A DNA stretch of 55,429 nucleotides, counting the filler, from Sluysia triapertura (taxonomy: Eukaryota), in the NCBI GenBank assembly GCA_046118255.1. It is 3 parts of 3 records of this genome, joined end to end, with 100 filler letters (N's around TTAATTAATTAA, not from the genome) between each part and the next. Parts side by side here need not be neighbours in the genome. Positions count along the whole stretch, not along the records: positions 1 to 14,200 come from JBJNIA010003780.1; positions 14,301 to 42,612 come from JBJNIA010000011.1; 1 more part is not named here. One strand, given 5' to 3'. Position 1 is the first letter of the stretch; the number at the start of each line of letters is the position of its first letter. Below the pieces are notes generated by a model, which did no database searches, was not told the DNA's origin, and saw only the letters and a list, made by a program, of their open reading frames with translations. Shown here piece after piece: positions 13,343 to 26,649 of this stretch. The position numbers and the translations under genes were made by a program.

Positions 13343-14200
13343 GGTTAACAATTGCAAATGTTACTTTGAAATTATAAAACTTTTACCTTTTGTAGCTATT
13401 TTTTAGCTTTGCCTTTTTTATTTACAATGTCTGGCTTTTTAATTTTGTTTTTCTTCTCAATATGGCTGTCAAAATAAATTTTTTGTTGTTTTATTTTTTA
13501 TTTGTCTGACTGTAATTATTAAATTGTGAAAAGAAAGGTCTAAATTAATTTCATTGATTTCTTTCTTTAGTCTTTCACACACACTCCAGTGTTGATTTTT
13601 TAGCTGTGTGTTTTCTACTCTCTGTATTGATTTTTTAACACAAGTCTAGTCAAATTTTTATGATTGGTCATTTCGCATTAACATTCGATCTTTTTCATTT
13701 GGACCAATCAAATACGATCATGGCTACTGACAGATTTTTGTAGTAATTTGCAGTAATGACTGCCAAATTGATTGTTTTAACATGATATTACGTCACAGCT
13801 AACGTGTTGTGACTAATAGCAGTGATAGTGATGTGTAGTAGCAATACCAATGATGAGTAATAGCCCGTGATAAAGACGATAATAAAAGTACTAATAATAA
13901 TAATATTAATTGTAATATTAAGAATAATAATGGTGATAATAATAACAAAGAAATAATAATAATGTAATTAATAGTAATAGTAATAATAATAATAAAAAGT
14001 AATAATGGGAATAATACTGATAATAATAAGAGTAGTAATAGTAATGATGAGAGATAGAAATAAAAATAAAACACATAAATCTTTATCTTTAAACATGATC
14101 TTCTCTTTCTTTCTTCTTAACTATTCTACATATTTAGAGCAATAAAATGGAAATATAAGTGAAAGTGATGAAGAAAGATGGGAATGTAGAACAAGTTTAT

Positions 14201-14300
14201 NNNNNNNNNNNNNNNNNNNNNNNNNNNNNNNNNNNNNNNNNNNNTTAATTAATTAANNNNNNNNNNNNNNNNNNNNNNNNNNNNNNNNNNNNNNNNNNNN
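14201..14300. other. Artificial contig-join spacer
   Basis: N44-TTAATTAATTAA-N44 (stops in all six frames), identical to 42613-42712. Confidence 0.97.
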
Positions 14301-14320
14301 TATGTGTTTTGACTTAATCA

Positions 14321-14388
14321 GTTGCGGAACCCCTGTCAACGTTCCAGGGAACCCTAGGGTTCCGCGGAACCCAGGTTGAAGACCCCTG
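14321..14388 (-). mobile_element. hAT (Charlie/Buster-like) transposon terminus
   Basis: Minus strand begins CAGGGGTCTTCAACCT followed by palindromic GGGTTCCGCGGAACCC subterminal repeats. The flanking 8-mer ACGTAGGC fits the nnnTAnnn target-site pattern. The element runs into the contig end. Confidence 0.8.
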
Positions 14389-17035
14389 ACGTAGGCTATG
14401 TAAATAATATGTAATTAAATATAACTTACCAATTTTTTTGTATTTCATCTTTTTATGAAAAAATTGTACTCTCTCAGTTTGACAAATATTTTTGGAAGAC
14501 ATTTATTATACTATTTTCAAACACCACATTATCATTTTCCCGGAGTCGAACTCGATGACTATTTAATTAAGTTTAGAAACTTCAGTTAATAATAAAGCAT
14601 TATGACGAGATAATTGAAATAGTGGCATATTGTTAAAATTGGAAGAAAAGCGAAAATAAAATTAAAATAATTATTTACAAATACGAAAGCAAAATAGCGT
14701 AAACGAAAAAAACTATAAACAGCAACAAATAGGAAAAAAGAGTATAGGAAGCAATGCATCACCAAAATACGCAAGAAACACTAATTATAGTAACGAGAAA
14801 AATAAAAACTATTGCATATAAAAAGAAACCAGCGAAACCATAGTAAGTGACTAGCTATAAGAAATCTATAAGCAAAAAAGAAGATACGCATTAGTTATAA
14901 TTGATACATATTATAAAAGAGAATAAAATGATATGCAATAGTGTATCATAAGATAAAGATAATTCTTTAATGAAGCCTATTGGCTATAGTAGATAGCAAA
15001 ATAGGCAGTAGTACAGAACAAATAGATAAATTTAGTAGATTCACACAATATTAGTACACAATTAGTGGAAGACAATTATCGCAACTTGATGAAGACCGTG
15101 GGACATTTCATGATTAACAGCAGTCGATTATTTGTTTCTTAAAATGTACAAATAAAATTACGTTGTAAGTACAATTTACCGTTAACATTGTTGTTTTGTA
15201 TATCTTAATATTTATTATCTAACCTATTGATTGCTTAACGTATTGTTAATTGAATCATTATCATTTAATCTATTGTTTAATTACATATTTGCCATTTATC
15301 CTATTACTTGTTTAATTACATACTTATCATTAGTTATTTAATTTAATTGATTGTTTAACTAGTTGTTAATTGAATTTATTAATAAATTATAATTCATCAT
15401 TAGCATTTTTGTAAATATTTGCAATTTAAATTAAAATATTAAACGAACACAAGCAATTTTCCATGGAAAAATATTGTTATTCATAAATCGTCGTTAAAAT
15501 TCAATACATATATCTTTAAAATTTAATGTGTATAATAATGTGAATAATGTTCAATAAAAATAATATTTATTTTGCAATTTTAAAATAATATTTCATTTTA
15601 AATTTTAATGCTCAATAAAAATAATATTTTCATTTAAATTGTAATGTTTCAATAATATTTTTTGTAATTTTAAATTGAATAATTTAATAATCATAATTTA
15701 GTCATAACTTTTAATCATAATACTTTGAAATCAAAATTTAGTAGTAAATAACAATCACATTAAATTAAATTTGTACAGAGTAGTTATTTTAAATTGAGAT
15801 TAAATGGAGATAATGTGAAATCAAAATTTCAAAACATTAAACCTTATTCAGTTAATTAAGTAAATAAAATTTTATTAAAGTAGGATTACATAGAAATAAT
15901 ATCCAATCAAAACTTAAAATCACTAAATTCAATGAAAACCATCTTAAAGATTGGGTAGAGTAGGTAGATGTTAAAGGTATTATGATTGAAAATTATTAAT
16001 TTTGTATTATAAAATTATGACATAAAATTTAGCATGCATGAAATTATCATTAAATCTTGTAGCTATACAATTATTACTATTAATATAAAATTACGCTATA
16101 AAATTAGTATACATGAAATTATTATTAAATTTTGTACATATACAGGGAGAAGTAATCAATAAAAATGTGCATATGTATTTAAATATATAATTATTAATTA
16201 TCGTATTTTGGTATTATTAAAGTGCTAAAACATGAATATTTGATGTTTGGTTGATATTTGATATTTTGATCGATAATATTTATATGGTTGATAATATTTG
16301 ATATTCGATTAACTATATTTTATTAAGAATATCTGATTGCATGTATATTTTTGTCTCTAATGGATTTTTATGGCGATGCATTGTTTCTTATGCTCTTTTT
16401 TCCTTTTTTGCTGTTTAAAGTATTGTTCGTTTACAATTTGTTTTGGGAAAACTGATAAAGTAATTTTATTGATGTTCTTCTTCACTGTATCGAATAATAT
16501 TGATATTAGAAGTGTTAAAATAAATTTTCATTAAGATATTAGCTTTATTAATCAAATAATTTGCTGTTACGCTATTTCTTATAGTTAACGAGCGGGTTGG
16601 AAACACAGTCACTATAAAAAATTAGAATTAACGAACGTACAATTTTAACAAATCAAAAGACAATAAATCATAGAAGTAAAATAAAATTGATATTAATTAA
16701 AAAAGTATTCCTCTTAACTAGAAATTTAGTTATATAAAATACGATAAAGAAGGAATATAGTCTCCTAAAGTAAATAAGATTTCATCGAAGAGTAATAAAT
16801 TTGCAGAATTTTTTTAAAGCATTTATATCTCGAACAACTGAGTCGAGTATACAAATTCACTAATAAATATAATTAATTAACATAAATTTTCAAGATTTTA
16901 TACGCAAATATCAAACACCAAAAGAAGCTTTAGACAAACGAAGATAAATCTGAATTAAAATCACAAATTATAAATTATAAATTTTACTTTAAACAACATA
17001 TATTTTAAAATTCTTACAATAATAATCTTGCATAA

Positions 17036-17090
<55 letters not shown>

Positions 17091-18901
17091 GTAATAGTAA
17101 ATTTGGGAAATTCATGTATGCTATATGGAACATGTTCGAATGAATGTGATTGTATACGATTAAATGTTTGCACGCAATGTATATAATTTGAATGAATAAA
17201 ATCTATATATTAAATGTTTTTCTAAAAATCATGTATTATGCAGTGAACTAATAAAACTAGAAATATAAATTAGATCATTGTTAAATATGATTAAAACTAA
17301 AATTGTTAGTAAAATTATTTCTATCTATTCAATATACTAGTGAAATTTATACAATGAAATAATATAAATTATTTGATTCGAAAACACAAAGAATTGCTGA
17401 AACTATTGGATTATCAAACGCACTATAAAAGATTGTTGACTACTATAAAATTGCGAGAAACAATTATTGAATCGAAAATGGCGGATTACGATAATAATAA
17501 ATAACATAAATTAATATATTATTTGATTGTTAACTGTGATTGATATTTATAAAATTATCAATATAAAAGTAAAAATATTATACTTATTTATATTGTTTAA
17601 CATTTAATGTGCATCTGTTTGAGTATTTATAAAACTTGAATATCACATCTTTGTTCATTATACATTACAGTTTAAAATATAAATCGTTCTTGTTAGTACT
17701 TCTTATTTATACACAGAGATAGAAAGTTGGATTCATCTGAATAATTAAATTTATCTTTTGTTTATTAAGCACTTCCATCTCGAACAGCGAAGCCGACTAC
17801 AGAATTCACTCTCTTAGATACGAATCATTTTAGTAAGAGAAACTTAACGTAACTGAATAAATTTGATTAAACAAAGATAAATTAAGCGACAGTTAAGTTT
17901 AACTATTTTGAATGAATTTAAGAAAATAATTCGAGATTAATATAAACAAGTAAGATTGATTGTTTATTTAACATCTATAATCTTCTAAAGAAATACAAAA
18001 GAAACATCAAAGAAGGAAAAAACTAAAGTAACAACGCTTATTAGCAAAAAGCATTTTTTTGAAAAAGTTATTTTTAAATTTTACATATATGCAGCTTCAT
18101 TTCTATCCAGACAAGGTCGGATCATCAAAAGCTCAAGCAAAATAAGGAAAATAATTCAGGATATAAATTAAATAGAAACATTCATTTAACATTTTTAACA
18201 AGATTATAACTTCAGTAATTTTATTTATTCAAACAAAGCACATAACAAACATTAATATCGATCAAGTCTGAAAATAATATTTTTATGTAAGTTGTATCAT
18301 AATACTAAAGAGAGAGAATTTATAAATTGTCACAAGTTTATAGTATTGTTGAAGCAACATAATACTCTCAACGTAAATATCTAATATTTTAATAAATGCT
18401 TTATTGCGCTCTGATGTAATGTTTAAAGAAAATATAATACTCCCTTATATGTTATTTTAGTGTTGAAGATGATATTTTATTATTTAATTTATGAATTTTG
18501 TGATTTATTATTATTACTCATTATATTAATTATTAATTTCTTGACTTTGTTATGAAAATTTTTATTGTAATAATTTTTACGAAAAAATTACTTAGGTACT
18601 TAATGCACTTAGACAATTCATTGTTATATTTATATTTTAAATTATAAATACGAAAATGAAAACAAATATTATTTCTGTTACAAATAGAAAACATAAAGAA
18701 GGCTTATAATCAAATTGTTCACAGGTCACTTTTGGATAATGTTGAATAAATTATGTTAACAAAATCACTTTAAGTATGAAATCTAAATTTACAACATTTA
18801 CAAGATTGATTATGTGACAAAATCATTTTAAATTGAAATTATATAGAAATCGTATTAAATTTTAAGTCATATTTTATTCTGGATGATTAATAAAGTGAAT
18901 A

Positions 18902-18970
<69 letters not shown>

Positions 18971-19249
18971 AACAAATAAATACTTAATAGTATATGCTTG
19001 TGAATAGTTCAACTCATTGGAAATGAATGGTATTGAATTAGATGCGAATAAGTTAATAATTTATAACTATGTTGGTATGTTATACTTATTTATTTATAAG
19101 TATAAATAATTAAATTCATTGAAGTAATTTTGCTTAATAATAAATTTGGCTAAAAATAAATAATTATATTTATAACATTATATCATTGGAAATTTAATAA
19201 TTATTTCTGTTACATTTTATACTCGTAATATTTCACTGAAGATCGTGAT

Positions 19250-19600
19250 GGTCGGTTCCACTAATTAGATACGTTTTATACCTGATCGGGAGGTTGTAAT
19301 TAGATTTCTTAATCTTATACAACAAATTAATGCTAAATGCTTATATGATATTTTGAGACTGCTTTACTAAAAGACATGTCGTTATCAAAAGAAGTTAAGT
19401 TGGCCTTACTACGGTCTGTCAGTATAATTGATAATTTATATGTTAAATCAGCCTTCGTACGGTCTGATCAATTATGTTAAAGTTTTAATATTAAATCAGC
19501 CTTTGTAAGGTCTAATCAAGTATTCAATATTTTAATTTAAGGAACTTGGTTAAAAATCAAAAATATATTAACAAATATCGTGTGACAGTTATAAAGTTTA
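19250..19600 (+). repeat. Dispersed repeat, with an inverted second copy at about 43150-43610
   Basis: ACTAATTAGAxACxTTTTATA...GTTxTAATTAGATTT and GCCTTxxTACGGTCTG motifs occur in both places; three ~48-bp internal units at 19400-19520. Confidence 0.65.
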
Positions 19601-19919
19601 TAAAAATCTAATATCCATCAGCAGCAAGTAGCTATTCCAACATTATATTTACAAAATTATATTATTGGAAATTTAATAATTATTTCTACATATCTTATAC
19701 TCATAATGGAAGTAAATAATAATCTAAAACATGTATAAATAGGAAATATTATAAGACATCACAATAGAAGTTTTAACGGGCATACTAGTCAATATTATTG
19801 GGAGTCATATCGAAACTGACCGCAATTGAACTACGTTTTTCTATTCCATGTGTAGTGGCCAACCTTGATAAACACTAAATTTTATTACAAACTAATACCT
19901 TTTTTTCTTCCTTTCTCTT

Positions 19920-20070
19920 GTCATCATACCTAACAACCATATATTCAATTCCACAACATCTAAATCACAAGTATCTTCAACATTACCAATTTACATCAAC
20001 TAATCCACCAGAAACATTACTCGACATTCACAATAATCCAACAACACAGTAAAAACAATCCATTTAATAC
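19920..20070 (-). pseudogene. Decayed Tudor-domain relic
   Basis: DCFYCVVGLL*MSSNVSGGLVDV, then after a frameshift GNVEDTCDLDVVEL; resembles Tudor WYRAxV...VxVxFVDYGNxExV...DIxxL. Confidence 0.4.
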
Positions 20071-20706
20071 TTTCGAACCCTTTATTTTACACTACACTTT
20101 AACAATTAATACCTAATATTTAATAACATTTATTCAATATCTTATTTGCTTAAACCAAATCACAACCATAAACTCATAAAGCATAAACCGCAATTACATT
20201 TAACACCATTTCATAACACCAATAAATCTACTCGAAACGCATAAAATACTTACTTCACATTTTTGAATCAATTACAATATTTCAAATGCACTATTCATCT
20301 ATTCATAATCATCGTCAACACAGTACAGCAACACCAAAAACATCAAACAAATTAATTACACAAAACATAGCATAATAACATCTTAAATATACCAAGAGTT
20401 GTATTGTAATTGTCCTTTCAGATTCATTAAATTACAATCTTCTCAATAAGCCTTTTATCCACAATATTTCAATACATAAATTTTGTTTTCAAATATGAAC
20501 TTCAATCAATAACATTCTTTATTTTATTTCAAGACTCAAATAAATTATTATATCTTCATAGGTTAATTATACTTACCAATTCATTCGAAACAATTATTGC
20601 TCAGAGGCTTATTCCAAAGTACGTTTTTTATTCATTTTAATGTCTTACAAACCTTTCAAGAACTTAAGGTAAATCGTATACAGTTTTAAAGAATTCAATT
20701 TTATAC

Positions 20707-20764
20707 AGTGAAATAACAACGATAACTCGAGCATAATACACCCTGTTATCGTTGCTATTTCACT
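20707..20764 (-). other. 20-bp stem / 18-nt loop hairpin
   Basis: AGTGAAATAACAACGATAAC ... GTTATCGTTGCTATTTCACT; the single mismatch becomes G.U on the minus strand. Confidence 0.85.
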
Positions 20765-20977
20765 CACTTTTATCAATTTTTAATAAATTTTTTGCCTTTT
20801 TCATATGTTGAGAATAAAAGAATAAAGAAAACAAAATTGTGTGAAAGACATAAAAGAAAGTTTATTTATTGTTTTACATTTTTTTGTTTTATTAATAATA
20901 ATAATAACAATATTGTTATTGTTACTATTATTATTACTAACGATTACTAAATTAATTATCACATAAGATGTTGCTGT

Positions 20978-21036
20978 CATCACCAGTATTGACACTGCTC
21001 GTCAAGGTCTTCATTATTGTGTCAATACTGATGATG
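20978..21036 (-). other. 18-bp stem / 23-nt loop hairpin with a lower stem extension (20970-21052)
   Basis: CATCACCAGTATTGACAC ... GTGTCAATACTGATGATG; the single mismatch becomes G.U on the minus strand. Flanking TTGCTGT/ACAGCAA can also pair. Confidence 0.85.
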
Positions 21037-21140
21037 GTCAATTAACAGCAATCGCGTTTTTGTGTGCCAGATCTAAGTTTCTGGCCATCATCCAATCAAG
21101 ACCGATTTCACTGATTTATCTTTTGTAAAGCCCTGACTGG

Positions 21141-22600
21141 ATGACCAACCTCAAACTAAAAATTAAAAAATTAAATTCCATTTATCAAAATTGTGTAATA
21201 ATTTCATTATCAAAGAAAAGAGAGAACTTAAATTCGTGTTTATATTCTAATTGTTTTGAAAATATTATCAATAACCCAAAATTTGTCAATCGTGATTCTA
21301 ATTTCGAGTATTATTACAGAATGCATTTGATATGGAAATTCGTTTTGTGTGGACTGTTCAAAGTTTATAATGATATATTACGAAATGCCGACGTATCAGA
21401 CGATATTAAATTACATATTCAAAATTTTTATGAAGAAATTGAAAATGATGGATCCGAATACATTAGAGATATTAAAAAATGATTACAGCATTTGATGATC
21501 CGAATCAGCACTTTAGATTCAGTTTGTAGTTATTACTTCATTTCCCTATCAGAGTCTCTTATGATAATCAAGAGTGATCACTTTAAGACTTATTCGTATA
21601 AATTAGTAGATGCTATCATGATTGAGTTAATAGCTCAACTAGCTGATGGCGAAAATTTCAACTTCGATCTTATTAATCATAGTTTTTACTGCCTCAAATT
21701 AAAGGATTTGTGTGTTTATAAAAAGGACGATGAAATTGTTGAATTAAGAGATGCATGAGCTCAATTAAGTATGAAATTAAAAGGATTAGGAGTTAAAAAT
21801 GACTTATTGAAAGAATCTTTGAAAAATGTGCTAAAACCGGATACTGCTCTTTCACAAGCTATAGAAGGTTTGAAGAATGTTAAGCTTGATCATATTTTAT
21901 GTTATTCATCAACAATATGTCAAGTTATGAGAATTGCGCGTAATTCAGTTATCTTACCAAATTTTATGCGCATTAGTGACGGATTGTCAATAAATGAAGA
22001 AGGATTCTAGGTCCTTATTATTCACCATTATCGATTAATTCATTAATCGAGTCTAGTACTAATTTAAATACTTTTACAGAACCAGTAAATCTTACACGTA
22101 ACATTTCAGAATCACCTAGTGATAGTCGTCAAAATAACGAGTCATTATCAGATACTTGGAAACCTTCAGGTAACAACAGAAATACAAATATCATAGATCC
22201 TACAAGTATATCTATCAAAATGTATTACACTAATAGGTTGCCGATAATCTTAAAAATCAACACAGACATTTACACACGAACCAATGTCTTCAATACCAAA
22301 AAATCATATGCTGCAAAAGAAATATCGACAAAGGCAAAGCTTTTACAGAACAAAGTCAGGAATGGTCACTATGAAACATTACATATAGTAAAATTTTATT
22401 TTACTTATCTTAATTACTATCTTGATATTATATTTTTTTTAGAATTTAATTCCAGCCCAAGACTCGATGGCATATCGACAGATGCAGCACAGAGAATATT
22501 AACGATGAACAAAAATCTAAATAAAACTTTGAAACTTATTAAGCATATTTTAAAAGTGTTTTACAATTTAATAAATAATAGTTTTTTGTGTATTTCGTGA
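21141..22600 (+). pseudogene. Large decayed intronless ORF, unknown family
   Basis: ORFs at 21141, 21492 and 21771 share one frame, separated only by TGA stops (21480, 21756). After about 22010 a frameshifted Ser/Thr/Asn-rich frame runs into ORF 22220-22600. Confidence 0.6.
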
Positions 22601-24807
22601 ATTTTTGATTGATAAAGATTCGTATAATAACTCAAAATCAAGTTAGATAAAATAAAAAGCAAATTAATAGTTTATACTATCTTTAATAACCAAATTGTTA
22701 GATTTAAGTATTGTAATTTAATGAAAGATATTAAAGTATTACCATTCGGACACAATAATTTTAACTTAATACTATTGCGATATAAAAAGATAATATTTAA
22801 AACTTTGAGATTTTCATTTTTATATGAACACAATAATGTTCTAAATCAGTATTCTACGTAGAAAATGATAAATACTTAAATATGTACAAACTATTATATC
22901 AGTACTTTGTCTGCTCTCCTTTGTTATTCAATAATAAAAAAAGCAAAGTTCTTTCTGTTTCAGAAATACTATGGTGAATGATATACCATAAGCGCTTTTG
23001 AGTACTTTCGCGGTAGATATGAGCGCCATATAAATTAATATATTATTATTATTATTCTAAATTATGTAAAAATAATAAAAAATAATAAAAATTATTATTA
23101 TTAATTAAAAAATTTTGAATGTTAAAAAATCAATAATTATTAAGTTGATATTTTAATTATGAACACTGTACCAATTTTAGTTTTGATTGTCGTAATAACG
23201 ACTTGTATAGTGATTTATTTTTGCTATTCACTTAAATGGCCGAATTCTATTAAATTTCTATTGATCAATTGATTAAATGACAACCAATCATTTACTAAAT
23301 CATGTTATCATAATTTGTTACTAAGACATGACATTTTGTCGAATTATGTAAAGTATGATATAAGTGCTATGAAACGAAAATTACGAGTTTGGCTAGGTAT
23401 GGTATCATGTTGGCAAGCTACCTTAATCTTCGTCACAAATAAACCCGTTTATTCTCTTGTTTTATTTAACCAATTAACAACATTGTTGTTATCCATGATT
23501 TGTTTAGCAATTATAATAATTTTTATAAACTTCATAAAAATAAAACGCACAATAAAAGGAAAACAAACTGTCTGTAAAATCTGTTTTAAATTATTATTTT
23601 AAAAATTATATTGACCAACTTGATAAGATAACGAAATTTTAATTTTCAAAATGAAAAAAGTTTTACGAAAAAATTTATCACTAACTTGAAAAACATCACT
23701 GTACATTGCATGAAGCATAATTTGCAGAAATCGGAATAGTTTATAATTTAGTACCTTTAGGCTTGCTTTAATCTTAGAAAACTGTTACTGCATGCAGTTT
23801 GGGATTTAGTTTTAGTCAGTTATTTCCTATTTCAAATCGTATAATTGTAGTCGACTGTACTGTATGTGTGGGTATAGCATAAAACGGTTAAATCCGTTAA
23901 AAATGAAATTTTTTGTGGGTAATAACAAGTTACTAAAATCATTAGTAAAATCATTACTAATAATAGATAATGCTTAGATAATTACAGTGCAGTTATTGTT
24001 AATTTTTTTATTTATTCATTATTTTTAACGAACAATACTTTGATTTTGCGATTACAATGTTTTTGATTCTAATACTAATCCTTTGATTCCCGGAAATGTT
24101 GCGTAATGACGTAAGTAATTAAAAGTTTAGTACCTTAAATTATTGGTGAGTTTCAAGTGAAATTCTTAATACATCGTGGAAAATACACAATGCTATCTTT
24201 TGTGTTTTTGAGGTGAGCAGTTTCAGAAGAAATTACTTTTAAATAAACTCTTCTGATTGGATATTTTAATATTAAAAACCAAACCTGAATATCCTACCTT
24301 AGAAGTTAATGGTATTTATTATTATTATTATTACTGCGATTTTGGTGTCTATTCGTAATTTTGATTATCTTTTGTTTTGCATTTGATTTTTCAATTTTCT
24401 TGAGATTAGAAATTTAACTTTCCCATTCTAAAGTACTAAACTAAACTTTTTTGAACAATGGCATTAATCATTAAACTTTTAAATGATGAACTCGTAAAAA
24501 TTATAGCAATAAAGTTCTGGAATTTTAATATTAAACTTTTGTAACGTTATAAACGGTATTAAGTATTTAATAAATTTAGATTTAAAGTTTTATATTTAAA
24601 GTTTTATATTACTGTAAAAATACAAAAACAATTAGAAAATTTAAAACGTTTTTTATGAAAATTCTAATTTAATTAATTATATAATATAAAAACACCACGA
24701 CATTCATTTTCAATCTTATTTCTAAATGTGACTCAAATTATATCATTAAATACATCATAAATATAAAAACAATCATTAAATGTATTACGAAATTGTTTCA
24801 GGAAAAA

Positions 24808-25251
24808 TTATATTTTCGATATTTTATCAGCTTTTATTTCCGGTAAATCTTTTGCTAATTTTTTCGATTGATTTTTTCTATAATCAAAATTACAATCATG
24901 TTCAGTACTGAACATGTGTGCAGTACACAAGTACTTGAAACAATTACACATTATACCTAACAAACCAATTTTCTTTCTACAAACTTCACACCGATTAGGT
25001 TGTCTGAATTTGAGTGGCATTTCATCGAAATGTCGTTGACAATAACCACGAGTGTTTTTTCCTAGGTGTAATGCATCACAATCCTCCGATTTACAGATAA
25101 GTCCATCGGCAAATAATTGTTTTTTCTGAAATATTTCTTCTTCTTCTTTCAATTTTTGTTCTTGTATCTGTTTAAAATGAATTGAACAGTAACCCAAGGT
25201 ATCATTAGTACCATAAAAAGTACAATTTTCAAATAGACACTTACTGGCCAT
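24808..25251 (-). CDS. A20/AN1 zinc-finger protein (ZFAND5/6-like), intronless, with two A20-like fingers
   Basis: N-terminal CxxxxCxFYGxxxTxGYCSxH; intact AN1 C-x2-C-x10-C-x-C-x4-C-x2-H-x5-H-x-C followed by FDYR; family-typical end PEIKADKISKI*. Confidence 0.92.
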   Translation of the reverse strand: MASKCLFENCTFYGTNDTLGYCSIHFKQIQEQKLKEEEEIFQKKQLFADGLICKSEDCDALHLGKNTRGYCQRHFDEMPLKFRQPNRCEVCRKKIGLLGIMCNCFKYLCTAHMFSTEHDCNFDYRKNQSKKLAKDLPEIKADKISKI

Positions 25252-26649
25252 TACGTTTCAAATATCAATTTTATAGTTAAATTTAATTTTATATTTTAAC
25301 AAATATAATTACGAAATAAAATTTATCAAATAATATAAATTTATCTAATAATATAAGTAATATAAATTTAAATAAAACTTACTTATTATTTGCAATTTAT
25401 AATTTTTTTTTCATTTATAGTTTTCGTGATAGAATAAAATATAACGTTTTAAAGATATACATTATTTTATAAGTAATATTTATTTTGATTTTTTTGAGAT
25501 TGTACTTATAGTGAACAAAATGAAAAACTACGTCTAATGTTTAATTTAAAACTTTGTATTTCAATTTTAAAACCGAATAATAGGTTCAAACATAATTCAA
25601 ACAGAATATTATATTTGACGAAAAATAAAGAATGGTTTCGAAAATTTATTACGTCTTTTTCAATAATCGAATATTAAAATGATCATTTGAAATATAATTA
25701 TTAATGAATAATTATTGAACAAAAAATAACTTATTAATTTTTTTACGAAAGTTAAGCATGAAGTAATACGAAATCATTATATTGTTGGTGATTTAAATGG
25801 TCATGTGGGATTTAATTAGTTTAATGATAAATGTGAATATATTTTCAAAGAAAAATGAATCATAATGAACATTTTTATTATGACTAAGAAAATAAATTTT
25901 CATATTTTATTTTAATAGTTCATTTTAATAAACAAACTTTTAACATACAAACTTTTTAAGGTTGCTGCATGTTGTGTTCATATTTTAATTATATTTTCGT
26001 GGATATTGATAATATCTTCCACGTTCCTGGACAGATTTACTCACTCAAGTTAATGTTCGACAACATCAGCTAATTTGATAAACACTTGATGACAAGTAAC
26101 AAATATAGTGAGAGTTAAAATGTTTAAGAAAATTTTACCGAAATGTACAAACAAAAAAATTGTATGTCTGATAATTTAAAAGTAAAAAATAGAGAAAATA
26201 AAGTAGTATGAGAAACTATACTACTGAATGATTTGAATTAATATTACTGATAATAATATTTGTTTACGAAATAATGAAATAACCGTTCTACACTGATACC
26301 GAATATGAAATTGACTGGGAAACAATCTGTGACTTACCTAAGGGTTCCCGCAATGACAAAAATATTGCTTACATTCTCATCTGATCTCCACATCCATAAC
26401 TTAGACATAAATAGTCGCTTTGGTAGTTGTGATATTTGAAAAATTTCTTAGATTTATTTTTAATATAGGTGTCGCGTTCAATATCATTACAAAAGCATTA
26501 CCAATATTCAAAATATGGCTTAAGGTCGGTGAAATTCATTACTAAATATAATTTTACGTATACTAAATCAATATTTATTCCATAAAAATAATAAAAACCA
26601 TAATAAAGAACACGAAGAAACTTTATTAAATGTAATAATATATTTTAAA

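Noticed and set aside
14147-14200. VKVMKKDGNVEQVY as an ATP-cone (ribonucleotide reductase) start
   Set aside because: Only 14 residues, preceded by a stop and cut by the contig end.
14245-14256. TTAATTAATTAA palindrome as a biological site
   Set aside because: Centred in N runs and repeated at 42657-42668: an assembly spacer. Adjacency across it should not be interpreted.
14690-14930. Integrase relic (RRYALVIIDTYYKR)
   Set aside because: Single short motif in low-complexity A-rich sequence; insufficient support.
19900-20550. Mitochondrial insertion (strong G/T strand skew)
   Set aside because: No recognisable mitochondrial protein, rRNA or tRNA motif; part reads better as a Tudor relic.
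5087-22010. Stop-codon reassignment (repeated in-frame TAA or TGA within long frames)
   Set aside because: The AN1 gene ends in TAA exactly at the family's conserved C-terminus, both TAA and TGA interrupt the relics, and frameshifts co-occur. Ordinary decay explains it.
11966-25251. Endogenous giant virus (capping enzyme plus AN1 finger, both intronless)
   Set aside because: The methyltransferase has the stand-alone cellular RNMT N-terminus, no viral core genes are visible, and the two genes lie on different contig pieces.
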